Shown piece by piece: positions 10,709-21,312 of a DNA stretch of 64,000 bases. Source of the DNA: an uncultured Planctomycetaceae bacterium (GTDB taxonomy: Bacteria; Planctomycetota; Planctomycetia; Isosphaerales; Isosphaeraceae); NCBI GenBank assembly GCA_963833985.1, contig CAWIAD010000001.1, forward strand, positions 736,001 through 800,000, given 5' to 3'. Positions within the stretch are counted from its first letter, which is position 1; every line of letters begins with the position of its first letter. The notes beneath the pieces were generated by a model, which made no database searches, was not told the origin of the DNA, and worked only from the letters and a program-made list of their open reading frames with translations. A program made the position numbers and the translations under genes.

Positions 10709-11656
10709 CTAGATTTCGAGCAGCTCGTCGGCGGACTGGGCCGAGAAGATGTTCGCTCCCCAGCGCAGGAGCGTATCGGGGTCTGCGGCGCGGAGCCGCT
10801 CGCGCTGGGGTTCTTCCAGCACGCCGAAGCGCTGTTCCAGGAGACGCATCAGCAGGGCGGCCTCACCCTCCTGCCGTCCTTCGATGCGTCCCTGCTGCTT
10901 CCACTCTTCGGTCCATTCGAGCACGCGCTGGGCGATCATGCTTCGTACCTCCTGAAGGTCGTTGACATCCGGCAATTCTACCCCGGGCATGCGACCCGGC
11001 AAGAAGACCCGTTTCAGCCAGACCGCGAAGGCGCGGCGGAGCGAGTCCTGCTCGGGCGATTCGAGCCACAGCACCAGTGCCGCCAGCACCTCCTGCACGG
11101 CTTCGGGGTTGCGGCTGTTCTCGATGCGGAAGAGTGCGGCAGCGAGGTTGCGTAGTCCGGCCAGTTCGCTCTCGGCATAGCGTCCTTCATCGACGAGCAA
11201 GTAGCGGAATTCGGGGCGGTATCGCTCGAGTCCCGCGGGGACAGCCCCGATGAGTTCCGCGAGCGTCTGGGGAGCATCCCAGCGTGGCAGGCCGTTGTAC
11301 AGGACCAGAGGCAAGACTGGAGGCAGCTTTCCCTCGGGGGTGAGATTCCCCGTGCGGATGAGATCCTGGTAGAGCAGTCCCAGGTAGGCCATCAGACGCA
11401 CGGCCATGAACAGGTCGATGGTGGATTGGAACTCGATGAGCAAGTAGACGTAGAGCCATTGGTTTTGCAGGCGGACGCGCCAGACGAGGTCGTCCTCGCG
11501 TTCTCGGAGTTCATCGGCGACATAGCTGCCGCTGACTTTTTCGAGGGTGTTGAAGTCGAGTTCAGCGACCCATTGTTCACGGACGAAGCCGCGCAGCAGG
11601 TCGGTCACCATTTCGGGGTGTGAGAAGAGCAGCTTGTAGCTGTGGTCGTGGTCCAT
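10709..11656 (-). CDS. Rpn family recombination-promoting nuclease/putative transposase (YhgA-like) with DUF4351-like tail
   Basis: HDHSYKLLFSHP, DDLVWRV, YLLIEFQS, LPPVLPLVLYNG, EGRQEGEAALLMRLLEQRFG. Confidence 0.92.
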   Translation of the reverse strand: MDHDHSYKLLFSHPEMVTDLLRGFVREQWVAELDFNTLEKVSGSYVADELREREDDLVWRVRLQNQWLYVYLLIEFQSTIDLFMAVRLMAYLGLLYQDLIRTGNLTPEGKLPPVLPLVLYNGLPRWDAPQTLAELIGAVPAGLERYRPEFRYLLVDEGRYAESELAGLRNLAAALFRIENSRNPEAVQEVLAALVLWLESPEQDSLRRAFAVWLKRVFLPGRMPGVELPDVNDLQEVRSMIAQRVLEWTEEWKQQGRIEGRQEGEAALLMRLLEQRFGVLEEPQRERLRAADPDTLLRWGANIFSAQSADELLEI

Positions 11657-11716
11657 GCAGCCAGTCTACGGCTCAGGAGAAGTACTACGGGAGGAGCGGG
11701 ATCGCGACGACCTAGT

Positions 11717-12856
11717 CTAGATGGTGAACTCCGCCTGACGTACCTGGTAGCGTCGAATCTTCGCCGCGTCCACCTGGAAGCCAACGCCGGGCCGCTCGGG
11801 GACCGAGAAGATGCCGGGAGATGAGAGCTCCATCGGTGGGACCACGTAGTCGTCCACGAACCACCGCGCCGCGGGTTCGATGTCTGTGGGGTACTTGCAA
11901 TTGGCAAGCGTGGCCAGGTGAATGCCGAAGGCCTGGCCCAGGCCCAGCTCGGGCATCGAGCCCACCCAGCAGGCAATCCCTTGCTGGTAGCACAGGTCGT
12001 GGATGAGCCGGGCCGGGCCGAGCCCACCCACGCGCTGCACTTTCAGGTTCACGATCCGGCAGGCCTTGCGGCGGATAGCCTCGGCGGTGAGCTCGTGAGT
12101 CTCCGCTGTCTCATCAAGACAGATCGGCGTTGACACGACCTCCTGAAGCCGGGCCAGGCCGTCCAGGTCGGCCGCCTTCATGGGCTGCTCGATCATGAGC
12201 AGATCGTACGCGTCGAGCTCGCGGAAAACGTCTAGATCGGCCAGGGTATAGGCGCCGTTGCCGTCGACCATGAGCGGGACCTCGCCGAAGTGCTGGCGCA
12301 CGGCGCGTACCAGTTCAACATCGCTGCCCGGCTTGATCTTGATTTTTACCCGGCGATAACCCTCGGCGAGGTGAGTCTCGATGGTCTTGAGCAGCTCGAC
12401 GATCGAGGGATAGAGCCCGACCGCCAGGCCCGACTGCACGCCCAGGCGGACCTGCTCGTCGATCGCGCCAAGCAGGCCGGCGATGGACGCATGGTGCTCC
12501 TGTCCCAGCAGGTCCCAGAGAGCGGTCTCCGCGCCGGCTGCCGCGAATCGACTCCCCCTCCATGAGGCGGCCAGCTCGGCGATCTCCGTCGTGGAATTGA
12601 TGGTCCGGCCGATCAGGGAGGGGACGATGGCGGTTTGCAGATCCTCCCAGCAGCCTTCGGGAGTGTCTGCCGAATAGCCGAAGCTCGCCGGCATCGGCGA
12701 GCTTTCGCCATGGCCGATTCCCGAGGCGGTCTCGACCGTCACGAGGATCGCGTCCTTGATCGATGTCTCTCCTCCTGAGATACGGAACGGCTCCTTGAGG
12801 GGAATCTGTAGGTGGGTGAGCACGACCCGCTCGATCGGATTCGCCGCTGTCGCCAT
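11717..12856 (-). CDS. menC: o-succinylbenzoate synthase / N-acylamino acid racemase (enolase superfamily)
   Basis: KIKIKPG, LMVDGNGAY, IEQP, PICLDE, NLKVQRVGG, WVGSMPE motifs. Confidence 0.85.
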   Translation of the reverse strand: MATAANPIERVVLTHLQIPLKEPFRISGGETSIKDAILVTVETASGIGHGESSPMPASFGYSADTPEGCWEDLQTAIVPSLIGRTINSTTEIAELAASWRGSRFAAAGAETALWDLLGQEHHASIAGLLGAIDEQVRLGVQSGLAVGLYPSIVELLKTIETHLAEGYRRVKIKIKPGSDVELVRAVRQHFGEVPLMVDGNGAYTLADLDVFRELDAYDLLMIEQPMKAADLDGLARLQEVVSTPICLDETAETHELTAEAIRRKACRIVNLKVQRVGGLGPARLIHDLCYQQGIACWVGSMPELGLGQAFGIHLATLANCKYPTDIEPAARWFVDDYVVPPMELSSPGIFSVPERPGVGFQVDAAKIRRYQVRQAEFTI

Positions 12857-13061
12857 GGAAACCTCGATCCACTCGACCCAGCCGGTACCGGTAGTTTGCC
12901 AGCCCGAAATTACGATCACGCGTCCTTCACCCTAACACACAACGCAGGAGATTTCAGCAGGCCTGGTGCCGGCCAAAGATTGCCGTGGCGGACCATGGCT
13001 GGTACACTTCAGTGGTCGCTTGTTGTTGCTGCCATACAGTTTGCCGCCATGGACCGCGACC

Positions 13062-13487
13062 ATGACGCGTCCCCAACCTGACCAGCCGTGGTATCGCGAC
13101 GGCCTGGCGTTTGAGTGCACCAGGTGCGGAGCCTGCTGCACCAGCGCGCCGGGATACGTCTGGGTCACACTCGAGGAGATCGAGGCACTTGCCCGGTTCC
13201 GGGGCGAAACCGTGGACCAGTTCTCGGCGCAGTTCGTCCGCCAGGTGGGCGACCGGTACAGCTTGACGGAGCGTTCGAACGGCGACTGCATCTTCTGGGA
13301 CTCGCATGCTGGATGCACGGTCTATCCCGCCCGTCCGGTGCAGTGCCAGACCTGGCCCTTCTGGCCCGAGAATGTCGAAACACGGAAGGCCTGGAAGCAG
13401 ATCACCCGCATCTGCCCCGGTTCGGGCACTGGCCGGCTCTACACTGTGGAAGAGATCGTGGAGTCGATCGGGAAAGTCCGCTCATGA
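13062..13487 (+). CDS. YkgJ family cysteine-cluster (Fe-S/Zn) protein
   Basis: FECTRCGACC, DCIFW, CTVYPARPVQCQTWPFW. Confidence 0.9.
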   Translation: MTRPQPDQPWYRDGLAFECTRCGACCTSAPGYVWVTLEEIEALARFRGETVDQFSAQFVRQVGDRYSLTERSNGDCIFWDSHAGCTVYPARPVQCQTWPFWPENVETRKAWKQITRICPGSGTGRLYTVEEIVESIGKVRS

Positions 13488-14023
13488 ACGCCGCCGAGGG
13501 AGACTGGCCGCACGTCCCCGCAGGCGCGCTGGCCGAGATTCGCCGCGAACTCGGAAAACTCTACAGCGAACTGGATCAGGCCGTAGCTACGGCCGGGCCC
13601 ATCTGCGAGCTGAGCGGGCGCTGCTGCCGGTTCCGGGAACACGGCCACACTTTGTTCCTGTCGGCTCCGGAGGCGGTCTTGCTGCTGGCTGATGCGCCCC
13701 CGCCCGCCCGACCGCTCGATGACGGTGCCACCTGTCCCTGGCAAGACGCCCGCGGCCATTGCCTGGCCCGAGCTGCGCGGCCGGTCGGCTGCCGGGTCTA
13801 CTATTGCGATCCGGCGTTCGGGGACAAGATCTCGCAGCTCTCCGAACAGTTTCTGACACGGCTCAAGGAACTGGTTCGCCGATACGGCTGGCCATGGAAC
13901 TACGCCCCGCTTCACCGGCACCTGCGCGCGGCCTGGGACACTGCTCGGGAAAGCCACGACAACGCCGCACTTCCGCTTGGCGAGAAGGCCCCAGAGAGCA
14001 GCTCACGAAGTCTTTTTTCTTGA
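13484..14023 (+). CDS. Second YkgJ-like cysteine-cluster protein
   Basis: ATGA overlap with upstream gene; [22 protein letters not shown]. Confidence 0.8.
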   Translation: MNAAEGDWPHVPAGALAEIRRELGKLYSELDQAVATAGPICELSGRCCRFREHGHTLFLSAPEAVLLLADAPPPARPLDDGATCPWQDARGHCLARAARPVGCRVYYCDPAFGDKISQLSEQFLTRLKELVRRYGWPWNYAPLHRHLRAAWDTARESHDNAALPLGEKAPESSSRSLFS

Positions 14024-14048
14024 CATTAACCCAAGCTGCTAATACATT
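14020..14048 (+). promoter_or_regulatory. Sigma70-type promoter for the HU/IHF gene
   Basis: TTGACA (14020-14025), 17-bp spacer, TACATT (14043-14048). Confidence 0.6.
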
Positions 14049-14103
14049 TGAGCCACTCGCCGAGCGCCAAGGGGCTGACCAGGCCTTCGTGGAGATTGCC
14101 ATC

Positions 14104-14487
14104 GTGACCAAGAAAGAGATTGTCAAGAAGATCTCGGAAGATATCGGTCTGACCCAGCTCAAGACCAAGGACATCGTGCAACGAACGCTCGACGCCATCA
14201 TCCAGACCCTCGTCTCCGAAGGCCGCATTGAATTGCGCAATTTCGGGGTCTTTGAAGTCAAGCGGCGCGCTCCGCGCAAGGCCCGCAATCCGCGTACGGG
14301 AGACAAGGTTTACGTGCCCTCAAAGAACGTGGTCACTTTCAAGCCGGGCAAGGAGATGGAAGAACTGGTACGAAAGATGAATCCGGAAAATCTTCCGCTA
14401 TTGGAAGAGGGCTCGGATGCCGATGAAGAAAGCAACGGACCGGTTGAGCCCATCGCTGAGCCTCACGCCCAGACGTCCGCCGAGTGA
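14104..14487 (+). CDS. HU/integration host factor family DNA-binding protein with acidic tail
   Basis: [10 protein letters not shown]...[26 protein letters not shown]...[10 protein letters not shown]. Confidence 0.95.
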   Translation: MTKKEIVKKISEDIGLTQLKTKDIVQRTLDAIIQTLVSEGRIELRNFGVFEVKRRAPRKARNPRTGDKVYVPSKNVVTFKPGKEMEELVRKMNPENLPLLEEGSDADEESNGPVEPIAEPHAQTSAE

Positions 14488-14698
14488 ACTCCCGGTCCTG
14501 CCGCGGCATTTCGGTGGCGGCGATCCCGGGCGGCTCTGACGGCGGCATGCCCGGCGCAAGGCAGCCTGGTGCCCTACCCGGTGGTTCCTGGCTCGAACCG
14601 AGGCCCAAGTTCTCGTGGCCGAGCCCCCGGATCAGACCCGCTCAAGGAGTGAGCGGATAGACTGCTCCGAGTGCAATTGAAGGCGGGAGGAGCCCGAA

Positions 14699-14932
14699 AT
14701 GCGGAAACTTCTGGCGGCCCTGGCCATCATGGTTGCCACCCTCGCTGTATTCGAGGGTTGTGCACCCATCCCCTTGCCGCACTATGCGGCCTACAAACCA
14801 CGACGGGTCGAAGAACTACTCGTCGATTCGGAAAACCTCCGGCAAGCCGGCGATGATTGGGAGCGATTCTGGCTGCTCGATCAGCCCTCGCATCTGACAC
14901 CATTCCGCACCCACGGCGGCCTCGGGCCCTGA
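14699..14932 (+). CDS. Small putative lipoprotein
   Basis: RBS GGAGGAG; signal peptide ending VFEGC; SENLRQ..DDWERFW.LDQPSHLTP.RTHGG. Confidence 0.75.
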   Translation: MRKLLAALAIMVATLAVFEGCAPIPLPHYAAYKPRRVEELLVDSENLRQAGDDWERFWLLDQPSHLTPFRTHGGLGP

Positions 14933-15134
14933 GCTGATGGCGATGCTGCATCCGGGCTCGGCCTTGCCGCGACGGACCGGGCGGGCTTCCTGAACGGCTT
15001 CGTTCCACCGATCTCGTGTCCAACGAGCTGAGCGCACCGTGACGAGGCCTTCCGCATCAGGTGGCCTTTCTCGCGGTGCGTCAGCGTCTTGCTCGACGCC
15101 GGACTGCACGCGGCCGTTGCTCACGCAAAAGGGC

Positions 15135-16036
15135 TCACGGACTCAGGTGATCCTCGAAGAAACCTTCGACCAGGTCCACGTAGCCCCGGGGATCGGTCTG
15201 GTAAGCCTGAACGTGGTCAACTCCAGGCAACATCCAGGTCAGGCATGACGATCCCACGGCGGTGGCGATCTGGTAGGCCTGGCTCACCGGCACGATCGAG
15301 TCTGACTCGCCGTGGATCAGCAAGAGGGGGCGTTGCCCCCAGGCGTGAGCAGCCTGAATCGGCACCAGGTCGTCGGTTCGCACGCCGTAAATCCAGCGGG
15401 CGGCCGTCAGGATACCGGGGTTGAACCAACCCGGCAGATGGCTGTGCTTGCTGAGCTGGCTCTTGAGCAGTTCGGGGAGGTTCCCGTAGGGGCTATCGAT
15501 CACAGCGACGCGGATCTCCGGATTCTGCGCCGCTTCCAGGAGCAAGGTGGAAGCACCCATCGAGTAGCCCAGCCAGCCGATCCGGTCGTGCGTGAATCCT
15601 TCGGAACTGGCCCAGTTCATCACGGCGCGGAGGTCGGCACGTTCCCTGCGCCCAGCGTCAAGCGTGAAGGATCGCTCTGACCGTGTCCGCGCAGGTCAAA
15701 AAGCAAGACGTCGTACCCGCCTCGATGCAGGTCGCGGCCCAGTGCGGCCATCTCCAGCCAGGAGCTCCACATCCCGTGGACCAGCACGATCAGGTGCCTG
15801 CGCTCGGACGTTGGCAGATACCACCCCCGCAACGTGACCCCGTCGAATGTCCGTACCGACCACGCCTGTGCATCGGCGCTCAACCGCCTGGGGTCGATGG
15901 CCAGCGGGTGATTGGTGGGGTGAGTCAACCGCTCCGCGGTGAACAGCGAGATTCCCACGTAGGACGCAACAAGCACCAGCGACGAGGCCACGAGCAGCAG
16001 CAGGGCCGCTCGCCGGACGCGATTCCGAAGCCGCAT
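15135..16036 (-). CDS. Alpha/beta hydrolase with N-terminal membrane anchor (frameshift near 15645)
   Basis: DGVTLRGWY, VLVHG, FDLRGHGQS in 15620-16036; GYSMGA, LLIHGESDSIVP, DHV in 15135-15623. Confidence 0.9.
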
Positions 16037-16231
16037 GCACCGCCTCCTTGTCCGAATTGACCGAGATGGGAAACTTCTCCTGGCTGCTCTTCCTCAAGTA
16101 GCCGATTTCGGGAATTCTGGCAAGCGGATGCGAGCTCCCGGTGCGCTCGATGAGACGCCGGACGGGGCGGCTCCGGGCGCTCGCGGATCGGTGGGTGACC
16201 CGGCGCCCCCGGCACAACGGCAACCTGGAGC

Positions 16232-16259
16232 TTGACCCGTTTGCGATCAGGACTATTAT
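16232..16259 (+). promoter_or_regulatory. Candidate sigma70 promoter upstream of lpxA
   Basis: TTGACC, 16-bp spacer, TATTAT. Confidence 0.4.
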
Positions 16260-16456
16260 ATTCCGCGATCCGAGGGGCTCAGGATCGTTCCTATCGGTGC
16301 TCAGTTGACGCCATCACGCCGACATCACTTCCCGTCCGAGCGTCCCTGCGGATTCAGCAGCGAGCGCATTTTCTCAAGGGGGAAGTCTGGCACGACCGAT
16401 TCCGGTTGACGGGACAGGACGTCCGCAATCCCCGCCGATCAGGAGGACTATGGGTG

Positions 16457-17281
16457 ATGGCGCTGCTCGATTCCGAACTGGTCCATCCGACCGCCGTCAT
16501 CGACGCCGAAGCGGTGATCGCCCCCGACGTGCAGATCGGGCCATACGCAGTGATTGACGGTCCGATCCAGATCGGCCCGGGATGCGTCATTGAATCGCAT
16601 GCCTGTCTGAGCGGATCGCTGGTGATGGGAAGCAACAATTTCATCGGCCACGGGGCAGTGCTGGGCAAGAGCCCGCAGCATCGCGGCTACCGCGGCGAGC
16701 CGACCAGCATCCAGATCGGCGACCAGAATGTGTTTCGCGAGTTCGTCACCGTGCATCGGGGAACCGTGCAGGGCAACGGCGTGACCGTGATTGGCGACCG
16801 GAACATGTTCATGGTCGGATGCCACGTGGGCCATGACGTGCGAGTCGGAAACGGGTGCACCGTGGTCAACAACGCCCTCCTCGGCGGGCACGTCATGCTC
16901 GAGGATGAGTGCATCCTCTCGGGTCATACGGCGGTGCAGCAGCGCGTGCGGATTGGCAGGCTGGCGATGCTCGGGGGTACCGGCGGCACGAGCAAGGACG
17001 TTCCTCCATTCATCCTCCAGCAGGGATACAACTGCGTGACGGGACTGAACATCATCGGCATCCGCCGTGCTGGCTTCTCGACCTGTTCCATCGACGCGCT
17101 CCGCCAGGTTTTCCGCATCCTCTACCGCGAAGGCCGTCCCCTCTCGTCGGCGCTGGAGCAGATCGAGGCGGATTTCGGACAGGTTTCCGAGGTCGCCGAG
17201 TTTGTCCGGTTCATTCGCGCCTTGCGCAGCGGAATCAACCCGGCGCGCTCCCAGGACCGAGAGAATTTTGACATTCACTGA
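16457..17281 (+). CDS. lpxA: Acyl-ACP:UDP-N-acetylglucosamine O-acyltransferase
   Basis: Hexapeptide repeats; REFVTVHRGT, HVGHD, GLNIIGIRRAGF; AGGAGG upstream. Confidence 0.93.
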   Translation: MALLDSELVHPTAVIDAEAVIAPDVQIGPYAVIDGPIQIGPGCVIESHACLSGSLVMGSNNFIGHGAVLGKSPQHRGYRGEPTSIQIGDQNVFREFVTVHRGTVQGNGVTVIGDRNMFMVGCHVGHDVRVGNGCTVVNNALLGGHVMLEDECILSGHTAVQQRVRIGRLAMLGGTGGTSKDVPPFILQQGYNCVTGLNIIGIRRAGFSTCSIDALRQVFRILYREGRPLSSALEQIEADFGQVSEVAEFVRFIRALRSGINPARSQDRENFDIH

Positions 17282-17318
17282 GCGGGGCTCATCTGAGCGC
17301 AGCGCGCAACCGCCGCAA

Positions 17319-17639
17319 TCAGGACAAGCGGCCCGGCCGCCCTTTCTGCCCCGGGGATGGCGCTCCCAGCTCGCCGTTGGCGGATTTGAGCAGCTCCCGT
17401 CGCACGCGCGCGTACTCCTCCTCGTCGAGTTCCCCCGCGGCGCGTGCCTGCTCAAAGGTCGCAAGCAGCTCCTCGGCCGAGGCCGGCTCGATCTCCTCGT
17501 GAGCCTCGTGCCAGGCGCGGTACGCGACCACCCCGGTCAATGCAAGGGCGGCGAGCACGACGACCAGGCCGACGTTGTACCAGGTCCTGGCCGAGAAAGA
17601 CGCAAGCAGCGCAGCGCGTTCCAGGTCAAGGATCTGCAT
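17319..17639 (-). CDS. Membrane protein with SHOCT-like C-terminus
   Basis: One TM helix, then AGELDEEEYARVRRELL. Confidence 0.65.
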   Translation of the reverse strand: MQILDLERAALLASFSARTWYNVGLVVVLAALALTGVVAYRAWHEAHEEIEPASAEELLATFEQARAAGELDEEEYARVRRELLKSANGELGAPSPGQKGRPGRLS

Positions 17640-17886
17640 CCCGTGTGCTCCTGCTGAAGAGGGCCGCACGATGCAAAGCGGCGACATCCGCGCGGTCCGC
17701 AGGTCGGCAGCCAACCGGATCGCCGCTTTGCTTCACGCCGATGCTTGATTATAATGCCTAACTGGTTCCTTGTGCGCGTCCGGTTCCCTGGCCTTCGGCT
17801 TGGGCTTGTGAACGCGACCACGGCAATCCGATTTCTCGTCTCAGGGAAAGGATTTCCGTTCCACTTTCAGAGGAAGGTTGAACTCC

Positions 17887-18450
17887 ATGAGCCGGCCAAT
17901 CCTCCGCCCGATCGTACTGTGCTTCATGACGGGCCTGGCAGTAGCCCTGTCGCCCTGCCTGGCCTCCGCGCAAACCGCCACAGGACTCGGGATCGGCGAC
18001 ATCACGAGCGACCCGTTCACGTTCTACTACGCTTACTATCTGCCGAATCAGGCCATGCAGGCGATGCGGCCCCGCCCGATTGATACGCTCAACGAGGTTG
18101 CGGCCAACCGTCAATACTATGCCCAGACGCAACGGCAGTCGCTGTATAACCCGATCTCTCCCTACGCTGAAGAATATGATCCGATGCGGCCATACTCGCA
18201 GCAGCAAGGAAGAGAGCGTGTCGCGCAGCCGTTCCGGTTTGCACAGAACTCGTCCAACGCCGACGGCTCCGGGCCCGCGCTGTATTACCACCGGTCGACG
18301 CAGTATTTTCCAGGCATGCGACCCGGGCGTGGGCCAAACTCAAACGTCGCCAAGCTACGTTCGCCCCGGCGAGGCGGTGGCATGGGCGGTGGCATGGGCG
18401 GTGGCATGGGCGGCGGAATGGGCATGCCGGGCATGGGTGGCTTTGGTTGA
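17887..18450 (+). CDS. Secreted hypothetical protein with GGGM-repeat tail
   Basis: Signal peptide ending ASA; Tyr/Gln/Pro-rich body; tail GGGMGGGMGGGMGGGMGMPGMGGFG. Confidence 0.75.
   Translation: MSRPILRPIVLCFMTGLAVALSPCLASAQTATGLGIGDITSDPFTFYYAYYLPNQAMQAMRPRPIDTLNEVAANRQYYAQTQRQSLYNPISPYAEEYDPMRPYSQQQGRERVAQPFRFAQNSSNADGSGPALYYHRSTQYFPGMRPGRGPNSNVAKLRSPRRGGGMGGGMGGGMGGGMGMPGMGGFG
18373..18420 (+). repeat. Coding 12-bp tandem repeat (GGCGGTGGCATG x3 plus one variant)
   Basis: Read directly; encodes GGGM x4. Confidence 0.9.
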
Positions 18451-18536
18451 TCGGCGGCCAGCCCCGTGTGGGGAAGGCCGCGATGGCGAAATCGGCCTCC
18501 TGGCTCGGCCTGGTCCGGCAACGAGAGGAATGCGGG

Positions 18537-19043
18537 ATGGCGGTTGGGCCCGAGCAGCGGTTGAATCCAGAGGAGCGAGCCAATCTCATCGCTTTTCTGG
18601 ATGGCGAGCTTACCGAGACCGAGGCGCGGGTCATCGCCACCAAGCTGAGCCTGAGCCCCACCGCCCGCCGCGAAGTGGATGCGATCAAGCAAACCTGGGA
18701 GTTGCTCGACCACCTGTCGCTCCCCAAGGCCTCACCGATCTTCTCCGAGCAAACCCTGACGTCGATCCGAGCCCTCGAGGCGCGTGCCGGCTTCTGGGAG
18801 CAAACTGCCGGGCGCTGGCTGGCCCAGTCGATTCGGCTGGCTGTTTGCCTGGGCGTCGCGATCGTCTCTCTGGGCATTGGCTTTGCACTGACCCGCTGGG
18901 TGTGGCCGGACCCGCTCGCCCGCCTGGTTCGCGACCTGTCCATCGCCGAACACCTCGATGAGTACAAGGAGGCGGGGTCGTTTGATTTTCTCGAGGAGCT
19001 CGTGAATACCAAAGAGTTCGGCGGTCCCGTGAGCAGCCGCTAG
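18537..19043 (+). CDS. Anti-sigma-factor-like membrane protein
   Basis: NLIAFLDGEL...E....L...P.ARRE...K.TWELLDHL followed by one TM helix. Confidence 0.7.
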   Translation: MAVGPEQRLNPEERANLIAFLDGELTETEARVIATKLSLSPTARREVDAIKQTWELLDHLSLPKASPIFSEQTLTSIRALEARAGFWEQTAGRWLAQSIRLAVCLGVAIVSLGIGFALTRWVWPDPLARLVRDLSIAEHLDEYKEAGSFDFLEELVNTKEFGGPVSSR

Positions 19044-19064
19044 AGTCACTCAGCGTTTTCTTTC

Positions 19065-20150
19065 ATGCGTGTCTTCCTTTCCCGTGCCCTCATCGTGGTA
19101 CTCGTGGCCGCCGCCGTCACACTGGCGATCGGTGCCGGCGATGCAACTCAGGACGAGCGCGCCCGGTTGCTCAGGCTGCCCCCTGCGCGGCGATCCGAGC
19201 TGGTCGAGGCACTCAGGCAGTTCGACCTCCAGCTCACGGCCCAGGAGCAAAGCTCCCTGCGCGAGCTGGATCGGCGCATCGGCCTGCTCTCCGCCGAGGA
19301 CAAGCTTCGCTACCTTGCCGCCATGCGGCGCTTCCATAACTGGCTGGAGACGCTCCCCGAGCTGGATCGAAACAACCTGCTGGCCCGTCCGCCAGGCGAG
19401 CGCATGGCACAGATCAAGGCGCTGCTCTCGAGGTATCCCGTCCCCCGCGAGACAACACCCCCGTGGATGCAGTTCGGCGATGTGGCAGGGACCGGGCCAT
19501 TCGAGGTGGCCGCCTGGTTCAAGATCTGGCAGGAACTGACGCCTCAGCAGAAACGTGAGGTGGAATCCTTGCCCGCAACCGCCCAGCGCAGGGCGAAGCT
19601 ACTGGAGCTCGGCCCGTCCTTGAAGACCATGAGGGAGATCCGCCCGGCTGATTTCAGGTTGGAGGACTGGACCCCCAAGGTTCAGGAGAAAATCTCCGAG
19701 CTCGAGGCTGCCGATCCCGAATTCCGCACCACAGTCGGGAAGGCCGTGCAAGCGGCGCTCAAGCGGCGTGGCGAGACCAAGGAGCAAACGCCACGGGCAC
19801 CTCAGGTCTTGCGCCGGCTGGCAATCAACCTCTACTTCCTGGAACATCCGCCGCGGCCCGTGGATACCGAGCGGCTGGCGCAGTTCGCGGCAGCAATGCC
19901 CCCCTGGATACGCGCCTCGTTTGACTCTCTGGCGCCCGACGAAGCCAGGAGAAGACTGGCCATCATTTACCGGCTCCTCTATCCGAAGGGGGAGTTCGGT
20001 CCCGACCGTACAGGGACACCGGCAGCGCCTGGAGCCCGCAAGGATACGCCAAACCGCGCAGGCAATGCCCTGCGCCCGCCCCCGACGAGTACCAACCGCC
20101 CTGCGCCCGCACCGAAGACGGCACCCCCAGCAGGGCCATCGGTGTACTGA
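19065..20150 (+). CDS. Secreted helical hypothetical protein (DUF3106-like)
   Basis: Signal peptide; repeated helical 'L.P..R..L' segments; Pro-rich tail. Confidence 0.65.
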   Translation: MRVFLSRALIVVLVAAAVTLAIGAGDATQDERARLLRLPPARRSELVEALRQFDLQLTAQEQSSLRELDRRIGLLSAEDKLRYLAAMRRFHNWLETLPELDRNNLLARPPGERMAQIKALLSRYPVPRETTPPWMQFGDVAGTGPFEVAAWFKIWQELTPQQKREVESLPATAQRRAKLLELGPSLKTMREIRPADFRLEDWTPKVQEKISELEAADPEFRTTVGKAVQAALKRRGETKEQTPRAPQVLRRLAINLYFLEHPPRPVDTERLAQFAAAMPPWIRASFDSLAPDEARRRLAIIYRLLYPKGEFGPDRTGTPAAPGARKDTPNRAGNALRPPPTSTNRPAPAPKTAPPAGPSVY

Positions 20151-20181
20151 TTGGTTCGCAATTCCCCCAGGATCTCAGCGC

Positions 20182-21312
20182 GTGACGCCTTCCGATATCG
20201 ACTGGATGAATGTGGCGCTAGCCAAGGCGGAGCTCGGCCGCGGTCTGGTCGAGCCCAACCCGGTGGTGGGTGCCGTCGTGGTCCGGGGCGGCAAGGTGGT
20301 AGGATCCGGCCACCATGCTCACTTCGGGAGCCCACATGCCGAGGTGGTGGCGCTGCGGCAGGCCGGTGAAGCAGCCCGGGGCGCGTCGCTCTTTGTCACG
20401 CTGGAGCCATGCTGCCATCAGGGCAAGACGCCCCCGTGCAGCGAGGCCATCATCCAGGCCGGCATCACCCGGGTCGTCGCGGCCATCCGCGATCCGTTCA
20501 CCCGGGTTGACGGCGGAGGAACGGCCGCTCTCCGAGCCGCCGGTGTGGCCGTGGAAGTGGGGCTCCAGAGTGACCTGGCCGTCCGCACCAATGTGTCCTA
20601 CCTGAAGCGCATCTTTACCGGGCTGCCCTACGTCCTTGCCAAGTGGGCGATGACGCTGGACGGAAAGACCGCGGCCGGCTCCGGCAACAGCCAGTGGATC
20701 TCGTCGCCGGGTTCCCGGACCCTCGTCCACCAGCTCCGCGGACGGATGGACGCGATCGTGGTGGGCATCGGCACCGTGATCGCCGATGACCCCATGCTCA
20801 CGGCCCGACCGGCCGGCCCGCGCGTGGCAACGAGGATCGTGCTGGACAGCCAGGCGCGCTTGCCACTCTCCAGCCAGCTGGTGCGCACCGCCCGTGAATT
20901 TCCTGTCCTGGTGGCAGTGACCCGGCGGGCTCTCGCCGATCGCGTGATCGCCCTGGAAACTGCCGGCTGCGCCGTCATGGCTTTTCCGTCCGAGGAGCGC
21001 GTACCCATCCTGGGGCTCCTCGCCAGGCTGGGAGAGCAAGGAATGACCAACGTTCTCCTCGAGGGAGGCGGCACGGTTGTCGGCTCATTCTTCGACCATG
21101 GACAGGTGGACGAGGTCGAAGTGCACATGGCCCCGGTCGTGGAAGGCGGCGACCACCCGTTCACACCTGTGCGGGGGATTGGCGTCGCCCGCATGAGCGA
21201 CGCCGTGCGGCTGACCGAGCTGCGCTATAGCATCGTCGATGATGACATGCGAGTCCGCGGCATCGTTCTCAAACCGTGGCGCTCGCGGCTGGGTGCTCTG
21301 GGCAGAGAGTGA
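20182..21312 (+). CDS. ribD: Bifunctional riboflavin biosynthesis deaminase/reductase
   Basis: PNPVVGAVVV, HAEVVAL, VTLEPCCHQGKTPPC, KWAMTLDGK, LLEGG. Confidence 0.96.
   Translation: MTPSDIDWMNVALAKAELGRGLVEPNPVVGAVVVRGGKVVGSGHHAHFGSPHAEVVALRQAGEAARGASLFVTLEPCCHQGKTPPCSEAIIQAGITRVVAAIRDPFTRVDGGGTAALRAAGVAVEVGLQSDLAVRTNVSYLKRIFTGLPYVLAKWAMTLDGKTAAGSGNSQWISSPGSRTLVHQLRGRMDAIVVGIGTVIADDPMLTARPAGPRVATRIVLDSQARLPLSSQLVRTAREFPVLVAVTRRALADRVIALETAGCAVMAFPSEERVPILGLLARLGEQGMTNVLLEGGGTVVGSFFDHGQVDEVEVHMAPVVEGGDHPFTPVRGIGVARMSDAVRLTELRYSIVDDDMRVRGIVLKPWRSRLGALGRE

Noticed and set aside
10709..11656. Rpn gene as a bounded IS element
   Set aside because: No terminal inverted repeats or target duplication seen.
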